From Octopus sinensis (lineage: Eukaryota), in the NCBI RefSeq assembly GCF_006345805.1, contig NC_042997.1, positions 22,258,001 through 22,322,000 of the forward strand: a DNA stretch of 64,000 nt, written 5' to 3'. The notes beneath the pieces were generated by a model. That model did no database searches and was not told the DNA's origin. It was given only the letters and a program-made list of their open reading frames with translations. Every line of letters starts with the position of its first letter. The stretch's first letter is position 1. The position numbers were made by a program, and so were the translations under genes. Of this stretch, positions 26,741-40,300 are shown one piece after another.

Positions 26741-26870
26741 CCCTTATTTCGCTCTCGCGTCTCATGTTTGATCTTTGACCTCTGGCCGAAATCAGATCGC
26801 CATGTTGATTCGTTAGCTACTGCACGCATTTTTTTTCTCTCCTTCTTTCTGTGTTTTTTTTCTCTGTGGA

Positions 26871-26908
26871 TCTTTCTGTTGAAGAGCGTAGGCTCGAAAC
26901 GTTAAAGA
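26871..26908 (+). ncRNA. Minimal type I hammerhead-like motif (variant core)
   Basis: TCTTT-CTGTTGA-A-GAGC(GTAG)GCTC-GAAACGTT-AAAGA: stem I, core with A6>U, stem II, palindromic stem III, at a PLE end. Confidence 0.55.
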
Positions 26909-27026
26909 CTTGTTTTATTTATATTTCCTGAGTGCCATACTAATACAATTGTTCGTTTGTTTTCCACCTGCCTTCGTCTTTTGTCAATTTTCATAAAGCT
27001 TCCCGTTATATATGCATATATATATA

Positions 27027-27405
27027 TCTCTCTCTATATAAACGGCAGTTTGTCTGTGCGTGTTTCTGTGTGTCTATTTTCTTGTACCCTCACCCTGGCC
27101 ACGGCTTTCAACCGATTCTGATGAAACTTGACACACACATAGCGCAATGTCATAATTCAAAACTAACGCAGCGAAAATTTTGAAAAGTTCCCCCAGTTCT
27201 GAAAAAAATCGATAAACTCGACATGGGGTCGAGAATCAGAAACGCAAACCGCAAACTGTCTAGGGGACGCAACTCCACCTTTTTTAACTAAAAAAAAATT
27301 TACCATCATTTTTTTCCATCTTGCTATTTTTTGGCTATCACTCTCTAAAAATGCTTTATAGTTATTTCCCTTACAAACCCGAGCAACGCCGGGCGATACT
27401 GCTAG
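27027..27405 (+). mobile_element. Non-autonomous Helitron-like element
   Basis: A|TC start, CCCGAGCAACGCCGGG hairpin about 10 nt before CTAG|T. Confidence 0.85.
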
Positions 27406-27916
27406 TATATATATATATGTGTGTGTGTGTGTGCATATATATATATGTCCATATGTGTTTAGTGCTGACTGTCAGAAAAAGAGTACTCAATACCGCGGCA
27501 GAGATTGATATTTTATTTTGACTCCATCAGTCTCTGTGGGTGTACAGGTATAATTCGGTTGAAGATCCTCTGCCCCCAAAGGCAAAACTCGGTGTAGCAC
27601 AACACTGGCTCAAACAAAATGAAATTAAATATTTCATATATAGATATGTATGTATGTATGTATGATGATATATCTTTGTGTGTGTGTGTGTGTGTGTGTA
27701 TTTTTACTATACTTAAACAAGAATGTTGTTGTCAGTGACATTGAAGCTTTGGCCAGAGTCACTCTCAATAACATTCTCGCTTAAGAATTATAAATTTCTT
27801 CTCTACAAAAGTATAGTGTAACTCATCATATTAATGTAAAATTGTTTTTAATACAACTGAACATAAAAGCAAAACTATATATATAACAAAGGAGGTGTGT
27901 TTCCACACAGAAAAAA

Positions 27917-28307
27917 ATATAGTCGCATTTGTTGTTGAAAATGCACCTAAGTTTGGAAAACTTGTAATTGTTTAAAATAGGTTTATTTACATATATACCA
28001 GACTAGCTTCAACAATTATTTTTTGTTTATCAATGGTAAAAGTTTAAAATTATGAATTAGAAAAACATCTTTAAAAGTTTCAGTGTTTACAAATTAAAAT
28101 GTTTCAATGTTGACAAATTAAAATGTTCATAACATTTTAATTTGTCAACATTGAAACTTTTAAAGATGTTTATTTTAATTCATAATTTTAAACTCTTACC
28201 ATTGATAAACAAAAAATATTGTTGAAACTAGTTTGGTATGTACGTAAATAAATATATTTTTAACAATTACAAGTTTTCCAAATTTAGGTGCAACAAATTT
28301 GCCTATA
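27917..28307. repeat. Long fold-back palindrome (~180-bp arms, ~3-nt loop)
   Basis: GCACCTAAGTTTGGAAAACTTGTAATTG...AATGTT-CAT-AACATT...CAATTACAAGTTTTCCAAATTTAGGTGC. Confidence 0.92.
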
Positions 28308-28644
28308 TATATATATTTATATATATATATATCTGATTTGAAGTTTAATTTTCATCAATAAATCAAGTATTTAAAGAGCAAATTCTGTGGTTGAATAGCT
28401 TAGAGCCTTTGGGTTTTCTGTTATCAACTTTAAATACAATATTACATAAATGTGTTCTGAGTTCACCTTGAGAAATATTTTGAAGTGCTATTCCTAACTA
28501 CACAATCATTTTTCTTAAGGTCATCAATTAGGGCATTATTAAGAATACTTAATAATGACTTTAAGTTGCTGTGAATCTGAAAGCTTTAAGCAATTTTTCC
28601 CTGGTTATAAAGCTATTTCAAAGTTAGTTACAATTATATATATA

Positions 28645-28686
<42 letters not shown>

Positions 28687-29500
28687 CAATCGCACACACA
28701 TACATTCATACATGCATGCATGTAGTTATAGATATAGTTATTCTAAAGTAGCTCAGAGTATATTAAAATCCTCACAGATAACACAAGATGAGGGAAACTG
28801 CTGGAAAAAGTAAAAGTAAGTTTCTATAAATATTATTATTAGAAATATCAATAATATCATATCATTTTTATTCATCAGTTCATAAATTTATAAATATTAA
28901 TTTTTTTTACTTAAATAACTTTCAAGTCTTTTTTTTTTTTAATCTAATCATAATTTTAAAAGATATTGATATGATGGAACATGCTTACATGTTACAATAT
29001 ATTAGATCTGATAAGCTCTCTAGTATCCTAGTAATTATTTCAGTTTACTTAAGACTTTTTATGTGAAATAGTTGTGAGCTAGAGATACTTATTCCTCTGC
29101 TTCAAAAACATTTGCCATAAAAAATTCTCCTTTCGTTCTTTTTTCTTTTCTTTTTGTTTTCATTTTTTTTTTTTTTCATGGTTATAAAATTATATATTGA
29201 TTCTTGACATTTAGATATCCAAATATATTTTCGTGCATCAACTGAGAAATATTTAGAGATCTTACTGTCTGAAAAATATGCGTTTCATATTTTTTCTTCT
29301 ATTTTCAACTATATTTTATCTATTTCTATTGAATTTATTGGGAAAAATTTCTCACAACAGAACATTGTTTTCCACTGAAACATATGTCTAAGAAATCAAA
29401 ATTATATATAAATGTCTTAAATTATAATATATCAACAAAATTATTCTTCCTATAATTCTTATGGAATTGTGTACATGTGTGTGATATATATATGTATATA

Positions 29501-30009
29501 CCATAAATCCTCGAGTATAGTCCGCCCTTGAGTATAATACACAGGGGATTTTGGGGGCTGTACTTCTGAAAAACCTAAACCTTGTGTATAATACACACCC
29601 CTTCTCTAACTTGAGTCAAGGAGGTCTATATAACATCCTTGGTTTGTAAAAATGTGTACGGTAGCGTCCTTTATTATTATTGTACATATAACATAGTGCA
29701 AACGTGTAGCATTTTTGTGCATTTTGTTTGCAGAAAATAAAGAAATATCAGTAATAACATTTAATAAATGTTGCTTACTGCAAGTTATAGATGATTCTTT
29801 TATGACTTCATTACTTTCAGGCTTAGCTTAAGGTATTTTCACACCCGACATCAGAAAATGTGTCTGAATAAACATTGCTGAACAGCAAATAGAGACTCGA
29901 ACATTGCTTAGAAAATAATTTTCATTTTTAACCTTGTATATAGTACGCACTAGGGATTTTGATCTTTAAATTTTGGGGGGAAATGCGGATTATACTCGAG
30001 GATTTACCG
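29501..30009. mobile_element. Non-autonomous Tc1/pogo-type DNA transposon
   Basis: TA|CCATAAATCCTCGAGTATAGTCCGC ... GCGGATTATACTCGAGGATTTACCG|TA. Confidence 0.8.
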
Positions 30010-30278
30010 TATATACATGCATACATATACATATATATCATCATCATCATCACTGATCTATACAGGTTTGTGAAAGTGGACATTAAACCAGTGATGATAT
30101 TGATGATGGTGGTATTGGTCAGACACAACATTTTGATCTAGTCTGTTTTGCTTGGATGTGCTTCCTGATGCCAAACTTTTTGGTTGCTTGATTGCCTTTC
30201 ATTATATGCAACCATACAGTGGACCTATTCTAAAATCCAGGTTACACATAGGATGTATGTGTGTGTGTGTGTGCTTGT

Positions 30279-30560
30279 GTGGAGGCACATGGCCAAGTGG
30301 TTAAATGTTGCACTCATGGTTGCTAGAATGTGTTCAATTCCCTGACTGAGCAGCATGTGTTCTTGAGCAAAACACTTAATTTCATATTGCTCCAGTCCAC
30401 TCAGCTATAAATGAGTGAGCCTGTGATGGAACAGTCTTCCAATTGAGGGAATGTTGGCCTGCTCATTCAGCCAGCAAGGTGGTATCATTTAAAAACCAAA
30501 AACATTGTGAAGCACATTGTGATCAGTGATGTATGACAATGTCTGATAGTCTTGTCATTA
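30279..30560 (+). mobile_element. tRNA-derived SINE, diverged
   Basis: TGGCCAAGTGG A box, GTTCAATTCC B box, 3' part similar to 31690-31810. Confidence 0.7.
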
Positions 30561-30908
30561 TCATCAACACCCTATCTGATTAACTCATTGGTCAAATGAG
30601 CTAATAAGAGAGGCTCTATATGGTTGTCAACATACTAAACATAGCAGCCAAATCTCCAAACCAACCTTTACCATCTTGAATGGCACAAAGATAAGATAAT
30701 CAAAGGAATGCTATGATTGAAAAAAATTATCAACTTGTTATGACTTGAATGTCTTTGATCATGTGTCTGTTCAATCCAGGCTGGCTTACAACTAAACAGC
30801 TCAGAATTACTCAAATATTATTCAGTGGTCAATAATATTTGATATTTTACCGCTGTTAATACATTACACCAATTTTTTGTGCAGTCCCCTGTGAACACAT
30901 CTACCCAA

Positions 30909-31200
30909 TCATCATCATCATCATCATTTAACATCCACCTGCCATGCTAGCATGGGTGGGATGGCTTCACAAGAGCCAGCCAAGCACAAGCCTGCTCCAG
31001 ACATCTGTGACTGTTTTCGGAGGATTTTTACAACTGGATACCCTTCCTAACACCAGCCACCCAACAGAGTGAACTAAGTGCTTTTTACACAGCACAAGCA
31101 CATATGAGTTTAGTTTTGGCAAGGTTTTTAGAGCTGGATGCCCTTCCGAACACCAACCACTTTACAGTGTGGACTGGGTACTTTTAAGCGGCACCTGCAC
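30909..31200 (-). mobile_element. RTE-tail retroposon with internal duplication
   Basis: (TCA)n-TTTAACATCCACC...CCATGCTAGCATGGG; CTGGATRCCCTTCC block present twice. Confidence 0.75.
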
Positions 31201-31517
31201 TAACAGGGTCACAAAGTACTTGCAAGACAAAAAAACCCCTCTAAAACGTTAATATGTGTATTCAAAAAGGCCAATGGCCTTGTACACTGAATAGAATGAA
31301 GTTATAGAGTAGGGTTTGTATACCAACATATAACTTTAAACTTTTCCAAGATTGTGTTGTGTCATGTCCTTCCAGAGTCTACAAAATAAATGCGGTTGAG
31401 TACTGACTCTAACTGGCTCTACTCTTTTCATATTTTGAGATTTTACACCTATGTAAGAAAGCAATATGGATATGCAGTATGATAGACTTCATTTATATGC
31501 AATATGATAGACTTCAC

Positions 31518-31820
31518 TGGGCAATAGCTCAGTGGTTAGAGCAGTGGACTCGCAGTTGTAGGATCGTGGTTTCGATTCCCAGACCGGGCGTTGTGAGTGT
31601 TTATTGAGCGAAAACACCTAAAGCTCAATGAGGCTCTGGCAGGGGGTGGTGGCGATCCCTGCTGGACTCTTTCGCCGCAACTTTCTCTCACTCTTTCTTC
31701 TGTTGGCCTTCTCGCTTAGCCAGCAGGGTGGTGTCATTTAAAGGCTAAAACAATGCAAAGTGCATTGTGACCAGCGATGTGTAGCAACATCTGATAGCCT
31801 GGTTGGTCACGTGATCACAT
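31518..31820 (+). mobile_element. tRNA-derived SINE (type B)
   Basis: TAGCTCAGTGG A box, GGTTTCGATTCC B box; body shared with 24787. Confidence 0.85.
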
Positions 31821-32177
31821 AGTTTCATAAAAATATAGATTATAGCTGTTTCTACTCTCCAACCTATGCCAAAGACTGAAGCCAGAGGCAGACTTTAATA
31901 TTTCCTTATTAATATATCATGGTTTTTCTTGTTTTTGGCTATTTTTCTAACATAACTGATGAATATTTAGCAGAATATAACCAAAAACAATATATTTTTG
32001 TCTTCTGCAGAACAACTCAACTGCCTTAATACTATTATTATTTACTCAATTTTTGGTACATAGTGTATGTACATGTGTAAGTGTGCATATGCATGCATCT
32101 GTGTCTGTGTATATATACATACATATAAATAAATATAAATATATACACATATATATGTTCATATACATATACACATA

Positions 32178-32223
<46 letters not shown>

Positions 32224-32228
32224 CATAC

Positions 32229-32366
32229 GGAAGGGCATCCAGCCATAGAAACACTGCCAGATCTGACTGGGCCTGACGAAGCCTTCCAGCTTCACAGACC
32301 CCAGTTGACCCGTCCAACCCATGCTAGCATGGAAAGCGGACGCTAAATGATGATGATGATGATGAT
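32229..32366 (+). mobile_element. RTE 3' tail inserted in (TA)n
   Basis: Matches 4104-4241; flanked by TA/CA microsatellite. Confidence 0.9.
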
Positions 32367-34271
32367 ACACATATATATACATATATATATATAGATACAT
32401 ACATATATACACATATATATACATATATTTATACACACACACATATATATACACACATATACATGCACATATATGTACATATACACACTCGTATATGTAT
32501 GTAGATGTATATATGAGGCTGTCTCCTACTTCTCTGATACCACCCCAATGTGGCCACAGCTGAATGGCTGAAACCAGCTATAGATTAAAAGAGATATTTG
32601 TTCCAACTGAAACACATTCTTTCTTACAAAGACAAATTATGACTTTTGGCAAGTATTGCCTTTGAGAACATAAGTGTGACCTTTGCTTTTTTTTTTTTTT
32701 TTTTTTCTTTCACATGTATGTGTGTAGGGACTGAAGTTTGTTTCCATAGTAACACATTTTAAGTATCATTTCTCTTGTTTCAATATATTTTGCAATTTTG
32801 TCTATGGAGATGAATGTATTGCTAACAATGCCTAATTACCTCTACTTTTACACCAATTACATTATTGGATAATTAATTCTAAATGACTTCTTATAAAGCA
32901 GTAGGAAATAGTTAAATTAGAAGTTCCCTCTAATAATGTATTTTATTCTGAACTATTCCACCTAGATATATAAATTATGGTAGCCAAATTTAAGTTTGGT
33001 TCAGTGATTTTCTGAGAAGCTGAACAGACTTACAGCTGGCACGCTCATACATAAAATATGAGTTGAAAAATCTCTGAATAATTGAAAATATCCCTGCAAT
33101 TAGTAAACAAAAACTTCCTCCAAAATACACTAATATCAGCCAAGTGATTTTTGTTTTTCCTAAATAGACAGTGTAGATAGATGTGGATGATATGGAAGCC
33201 TACTTTGATAACAATCTTTAAAGAGTTAACTATGTTTGACTTTAGTTGACCTACAGAAGGCATTTCTCTTGTAAATATTAGTTGTGACCTTCAATGAAAA
33301 AACATGATATCTCGTTAACTTTGGTTAGCTCAAACAAAATGATCTGACAGAAAATAAATATACACGTGGTGCAATTTCTGTTTTATATACAAATGGTTAA
33401 TATTCATAGTCAAGTAAATTCACACCCCAAATAGTTTAAAAAACAAACCTACAGTAGACAATTAGATTCTGCTATCAGTATTATTCTCTAAGATTCTTTT
33501 TAGAAAAATTAATCGATACTTCATGTTAAACAAGAGATAATTTTGTAAATAAATTCCAGAAACCTGTCATATAATTACCAGTCTATTTCCTTACAAAATC
33601 AAGTTGAAAAAATTTAAAGTGAACCATTTATGGACTCCTGGTGTGTCTACTGGGTTAGTGCTTAACCCTGTCTCTTGTTGTGAAAGAAATATGAATCAAA
33701 GCTGTACAATAGATTTGGGTTATCAGAGGAGTTTACTACAACAAACCAACTATTATCTTCACTTTGTCATTATGAGTCAATGAGAGCCCCTATGTGGACA
33801 CTTGAATTGTTAGAAAAAGCAATCAAATCTTCTACAAATCATAACTTATCTTAAAAAAGAAAAACTCTCTGGATGTATTATGTACAAAAAAAGGAAGGCA
33901 AGTTGGACATAGTTAGAATGCTTTTGACCATAGATCTGCTTAACCAGGCTGACCTGGAGCCAAACAAGAATTATGTAGTACCTAATTATCATGTAGTCTC
34001 TAACTACAGCTAAATGGATTGTTAAGAACAGTCATGTATACAGTGCTGCATCAGACATTTCCTTTATATCTGTTGGAGGCAGTGCACCATATTGATAATG
34101 CTTCTTACCCTTCTGAATCCACACTGAGTTTCAAGCAATCTCAATTGCATTTTTCTCATTTTGTTGAGCAATGCTTTTGTGAAATCATTGTGACTGCATC
34201 AAGTTGCAAAATCCCTCTATGGTACCTGTATTCATTCCTATTACCTTTTTTTAGGAAACGTGTAATTAATT

Positions 34272-34450
34272 CATCATCATCATTATCATCGTTTAATGTC
34301 TGCTTTCCATGCTAGCATGGGTTGGACGATTTGACTGAGAACTGGGGAACCAGATTGCTGCACCAGGCTCCAATCTGATCTGGCAAAGTTTCTATAGCTG
34401 GATGCCCTTCCTAACACCAACCACTCCGAGAGTGTAGTGGGTGCTTTTAA
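34272..34450 (-). mobile_element. RTE-tail retroposon
   Basis: Reverse complement of the LINE tail; near-identical to 13226-13395. Confidence 0.88.
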
Positions 34451-34549
34451 ATATAATAATAAAGAAATGTAACATATGACTCCCTAGATGCATGACCAAG
34501 TATAAAAAACAAATCGTCATCAAAAATGGATACTTACATGATGGTCAGA

Positions 34550-34721
34550 TCTTTTATCTTTTACTGGTTTCAGTCATTGAACTGTGATCATGCTGGAGTA
34601 CCATCTTCTTAAAAAGTCTAATCAAACAAATCTCTTCCAGTACTTATTTTAAGTCTGGTACTTATTCTATCAGTCTCTGGGAATGTAAACAAACCAGTAC
34701 AGGTTGCTGAGTTATAGTGGG

Positions 34722-34756
<35 letters not shown>

Positions 34757-34915
34757 TATGACAGGCTTCCACATACTTTCTGCCTATCAAATTCCCTCAC
34801 TAGACATTGTTCAGTCTGGGGCTCTTATAGAAGACACTTGCCCAAGGTGTTGCATAGTGGAACTGAATCCAAACCATATGGTTGCTAAGTGAGCTTCTTA
34901 ACCACACAGCCATAC
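34550..34915 (-). mobile_element. SINE type A, diverged
   Basis: GACACTTGCCCAAGG core, (CA)n, GTTTCAGTCATT tail. Confidence 0.75.
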
Positions 34916-37084
34916 CTTCAGGGATAAATATATTATAAGCTTTTATTATACTTAGAAGTAAAACTACTATCAACAAAAATTATTGTAAACCAACAATAAT
35001 TTTCAGTACAATATCTGTACCAGAGAACTATGAAGGAATGTTGTTAAGGTGGGGGAGAAGATTATTTAACCTCTAGAAAAATCTATTTAATCACATCTAG
35101 GAAACAGGTAATAACAGATTATTCATGGCACCTGATATGGATAAATATATGCAAGTATTAGTTAACATTTTCTATTTTGATCAATTTATTGACATTGTGA
35201 ACGTAAGAAATGGTTTTCTTTATTATTCACATTCAACTACATGCTACACAGCTGCAGTTAAAATACCATTCGTTACTAGATATATTTCAGTTACAAATAG
35301 TCATTCAACTGGTCAGAAATAAGAAATAGTAAGATAAATGTTTGGCGAGCCTTCAAATCATACTTGGTAAAATATAGCAACTGTTGTAAAACATTACTCG
35401 AAAGAAACCTGAAACTATTTAATGGAAACAAAGATAAAAGCAAGATATATATATACATATAATAGTAGCTTTATCATCACACCAATAAACGTTCTCATGG
35501 TAACCAAATGAAACCATCACACCCAAAGAACACATTAAATATAAATAAAAATAGAACAAAATCCCAGTTTATTAACATATATACTGTTGGATTCAACTGA
35601 AAACCCATTGATATTGCTTTTTGCATTAACCTTATAACTAGGATGACTTACTTCTGGGCAGTTATGACAATTACATAAGATCTGTTACATTATTACTAAA
35701 TACTATTAAAGTCTTCTTATTCCCACATCCTAATTTTTAATAAAGAAGCTTCTATGTGGTGACTAAACCTGCTAGAAATAGCACTCATATTTCTTTAAAA
35801 AGGAAGGATACATTGAATGATGTTGTCCTAGATTTAAAAAAAAGACATGATGTTCAGGGTTGAAATGTCTTTGATCATAAGTTTACTTGATATAGGGTTC
35901 CTAGCCTAGAAACAAGTCCCTTTTCTTAGTAATCTGGACAACTTGAATAAGATAGTTCTATATGTATGTATATGCAAATAAAACAGATTTTATAATTATG
36001 ATTTTTGGTATAGCTACAACTTAAAATCTATTATCTTTTACCAATGTTTTGCTTCAATTTTTCGTAGGAAGTGTTGTTGTTGTCATTTCTAACCATGTTG
36101 TTTGTAGCAGACTCCTGGTTGGTAAATTCATGTTTGAGACATATATACCACTATGATTTTCACTGAATGGTTATTTCAGTGAATGTGGTCAGAAAAATAA
36201 CCAGTTATTTAACAATGCTGATAACTATGACATTGATGTTGAACAAGGTATTCATTGTATACTCAAAGAAAAATCTCCCACTCCAAATATGCAACTCCAC
36301 CTGCTGTGTATACATCCATCCATCCATACATACACCCATACGTACATACATGCACCCATACATACATACATACATACACCCATACATACATACATACACC
36401 CATACATACATACACCTATACATACATATGTACAAATGTACACACATAGAGTAATATTTTGAAAACAGAGCCAGCTTCTAACAAGAAGTATTTTCACCTT
36501 ATTTATGGAGATTATGTCTTGGCGTTTTCAATTTTTCCTGTTTCTTTTTGGTGTATGCTCAGAACTTAAGAAAACCTAGTATTTTTATATTTATACATGT
36601 AACACATCTCTTCTCTTTCCTACTGTGATATTTTGATCAGTTTGACATATGTGCACCTTTAATCTTTTTATTTTTGATCATGACAAAATTACTAGTTCTT
36701 ACTTTTAGCTGTATCTAACTGCATAACCCTGGAAATATTTATGTTTATACTTCCTCAAAATTTCTAGTTAGTGCATGCATAATTTTGGAATGTTCATATT
36801 TTCTCTTCATATTTTCCTATAATAATCATTGACTGCCTTGTCATGCTTGTGAAGGTATTGTGATGTAGTTAGAGTTAAATATACAGTTAAAATATGTTTG
36901 TAGCTTCTGCAAATTGGATATACATAAGGCACTTATGTATTTTGATCTAATACATTCACATATAACCTTGCATATTAGTAATAGTTGTAGTACTTTGATC
37001 TCTTTACATTCTGAGTTCAAATCCTGTTAACGTTGCCTATTTCTTTCATTCAACCAAGAGTTGAAAAGACAATTTAATTTACTG

Positions 37085-38835
37085 GGTGAAATGCTAAGCA
37101 GTGTTTTGCACATCGCTACATTCTGAGTTCAAATTCTGCCAAAGCTGACTTTACCTTTCATCCTTTCAGGGCCAGTAAATTAAGTACCAGTGAAACACTG
37201 GGGTCGATGTAATTGACTAGTCCCCTCCCACAAAATTTCAGGCCTTCTGCCTATAGTAGAAAGCATTATTATTATTATTATTATTATTATAATCATTAAT
37301 GTTGGACTTGTGTGCAGTAATGTAAACTCTTGTGTTTTAATCTATGAGGGAACTTCTACATAGTTGCACAATCTGTTAGAGTTTTCAGCCAAACCACTCC
37401 CAAATCACACTTCAACATCTTTAAATGAGAAAAGACACATTTAGTAACATAATCCTAAAATGACAGAATGTTTGATGTTATATGTTTGATGATAAGCCTG
37501 ATAATAAGAACTGGTTTAGAGTTAAACAGGAAATAGTTTTGACTATATTCATTGTGAATTCCTTGATAATGGGTCTGAACTTTATATCACTCATTCACTC
37601 TTTCTCTATAAATTTGTTTCCATATAGGAAAATCATTTTTTTTTTTTCTGTGTGTGTTGTTGTTATTGCAGTGGTTGGACTGGCTGAATCATTAGAAAGT
37701 CAAATAACTTGCTTTGCAGTATTTCATTACTGGGCTCTATGTCTGGCATTTAAATCCCACTTACATCTTTTAACCTTTTCAGGTGGATAAAATAAGGTAC
37801 AAGTGAAATACTGGGGTTAGTTTGATTGATAATACCCTCTTCACAAAATGTTTAACCTTGTGCCAATGTTAACATCATTGTTGTTATGATGGGTAGGTAA
37901 TGTAAAAGGTGGCGAGCTGGCAGAAACGCTAGCACGCCGAGCGAAATGCTTAGCGGTATTTTGTCTGCCGCTACGTTCTGAGTTCAAATTCCGCCGAGGT
38001 CGACTTTGCCTTTCAACCTTTTGTGTAAATAACTTAAGTACCAGTTGAGTACTGGGGTTGATGTAATTGACTTAATCCCTTTGCCTGTCCTTGTTTGTCT
38101 CCTCTGTGTTTAGCCCCTTGTGGGTAATAAAGAAATAAGAATGGTGGCTGTCTAACAGTCCTCATGTTCTCTGTCAGCCATACTACCAGACTGTGTAAAT
38201 TCATGGGGTTTAATGCTCAACCTGAATTTCTGCAGATCAATGTCTGCTGGAATGACATAGACATGGAGGAACCAAGAGATTTGGTCTGAATTCTTACAAA
38301 TGATCGATCTCTAAAGGCACCCAAGGACCTGATAGGGAAGTTAAACTAAACTGTGTTATATCTGTCTTAGTAAGAAATTATTATCATCATTATCATTAAG
38401 GTAACATGCTGACAGAACCATTATGCTGCTTTATGTTCTGAGTTCAAATGCCACTAAGGTCAACTTTACCTTTCGTTCTTTTAGAGTTGATAAAATAAGT
38501 GCGAGTTGAACATTGTGTTACCAACTTCCCCTTCCCCTCAAAATTGCTGGCCTTGTACCAAAATTTGAAATCCTTGTTATCATTATTATTATTATTGTTG
38601 TTGTTGTTAAGGTGGTGAGCTAACAGAATTGTTAGCACATTGGGCGAAATGCTTAGCAGTATTTCGTCTGCTGCTATGTTCTGAGTTCAAATTCCACCAA
38701 GATTGACTTTGCCTTTCATCCTTTCAGGGTCAATAAATTAAGAACCAGTCAAGTACTGGGGTCGATGTAATCGGCTACCCCACTCCCCACAAATTCCAGA
38801 ACTTGTGCCTGTAGTAGAAAGGATTATTATTATTA
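37085..38835 (+). mobile_element. Cluster of type C SINEs with Nin-like central domain (copies at ~37085, 37670, 37906, 38400, 38609)
   Basis: Repeated GGTGGCGAGCTGGCAGAA head, GAGTTCAAATTCC B box, GTCGACTTTGCCTTTCATCCTTT...AAGTACCAG domain, (ATT)n tails. Confidence 0.8.
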
Positions 38836-39574
38836 TTGTTGATGGTCCATTGGAATTTCTTTGGTATTTCTTTGCCTGAGAATATTAAAAAAAAAATTCT
38901 ATAAAAAAATCTATTACACTGTTTACAAGGATAATATCAAACCTCCCAGACTTTCATAATATTTCATCAGTTATTTAATATGTCACTGTATCCTGAAGCT
39001 ATGAACATGAGTAGTTGTAAACACATCCTTGAAAACATTTGAAATATGATAACTTTATAAATGCTATCAAAATTTCTGTAATTCAAACTTTGATACTGCT
39101 TTCTGTAAAGGAAATATTATAAGTAAATAATAGATTTTTCCTTATTTAGAGCTTGTTATTGTGAATGTAATAGCTTTTGATATTATAATGGATTTATAAT
39201 AATCAAAACATAATTAACTTATACAAGTAATATAAGCATCTGGATAAGATTTCTCTTTCAAAAAAATTGTTTTTTATGAAAAATGTCCTGAAATATTAGA
39301 GAAAAAAAAATTTTCTCTTCTATCTGAAATTTTTTATCCATACTTTTGTTGTAATCTTATACATACATATATGCATGCGCACACACACACACATACACAC
39401 ACACACACACACATTAATTGATGGTTAAATAGATCATGGAATTACATGGAGCATTCTTTAGCTTTAGTTAAATGAAGCTGCATTTAATTAAGTGTTGGTT
39501 CAAGTGAAATAAAGATATAACAATCTTCTAATTATTTGTATTTCCATTACATTTACCTGGTTTGTTATATTCAG

Positions 39575-39657
39575 GTGAAAACACTCAGAATCGAGAGCAT
39601 GAACCATTGACCGATAACAATGACGATATTGGAGATCATCAATTGGCTCTTTATGAG
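39575..39657 (+). CDS. KCC exon (GENTQNREHEPLTDNNDDIGDHQLALYE)
   Basis: TTCAG acceptor, GAG|GTAAGG donor, 83 nt phase 1-0; ends in the conserved KCC LAL(F/Y)E|E junction. Confidence 0.9.
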
Positions 39658-39890
39658 GTAAGGTTTTTTTTCTTTTTGTGTGTGTGTTTGTTGGTGTGTG
39701 TGTGCACTTAAGATTTCCAGTATAGTAAAGTATTTTTTCCAGGAACACACAAAATACGGAAATACAAGCATCAAATTTGAACCCACTACTTTTGGTCATT
39801 TCCTTCCTATTCTCATCAAAAAGGACCTATCAAGCTATGTTGCTTTAACAAACTAAAAAAAAAGAAACTATTTTCAGATCCTCTTCATGT

Positions 39891-40043
39891 AGGCGTAGGA
39901 GTGGCTGTGTGGTAAGTAGCTTGCTTACCAACCGGGTTCAGTCCCACTGTGTGGCAGCTTGGGCAAATGTTTTCTACTATAGCCTCAGGTCGACCAAAGC
40001 CTTGTGAGAGGATTTGGTAGACGGAAACTGAAAGAAGCCCATC

Positions 40044-40089
<46 letters not shown>

Positions 40090-40300
40090 ATGTGTATATG
40101 TTTGTGTGTCTGTGTTTGTTCCTCCAACATCACTTGACAACCGATGCTGGTGTGTTTACGTCCCCGTAACTTAGCAGTTCGGCAAAAGAGACCAATAGAA
40201 TTAGTACTAGGCTTACAAAGAATAAGTCCTGGAGTCGATTTCCTCAACTAAAGGTGGTGCTCCAGCATGGCCACAGTCAAATGACTGAAACAAGTAAAGG
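39891..40300 (+). mobile_element. SINE type A (tRNA-like head, CORE-like domain, internal microsatellite)
   Basis: AGGCGTAGGAGTGGCTGTGTGGTAAG head, GGTTCAGTCCC B box, tail CCAGCATGGCCACAGTCAAATGACTGAAAC. Confidence 0.9.

Larger units (their letters stand above)
26052..27007 (+). mobile_element. Penelope-like element 3' fragment (GIY-YIG endonuclease + terminal repeat)
   Basis: IIYCISCSLCNSLYIGQTGRRLADRFAEHLRDI...PVSRHF...H...R..REQELIFSL is the PLE GIY-YIG signature; downstream hammerhead-like motif at 26871. Confidence 0.88.
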
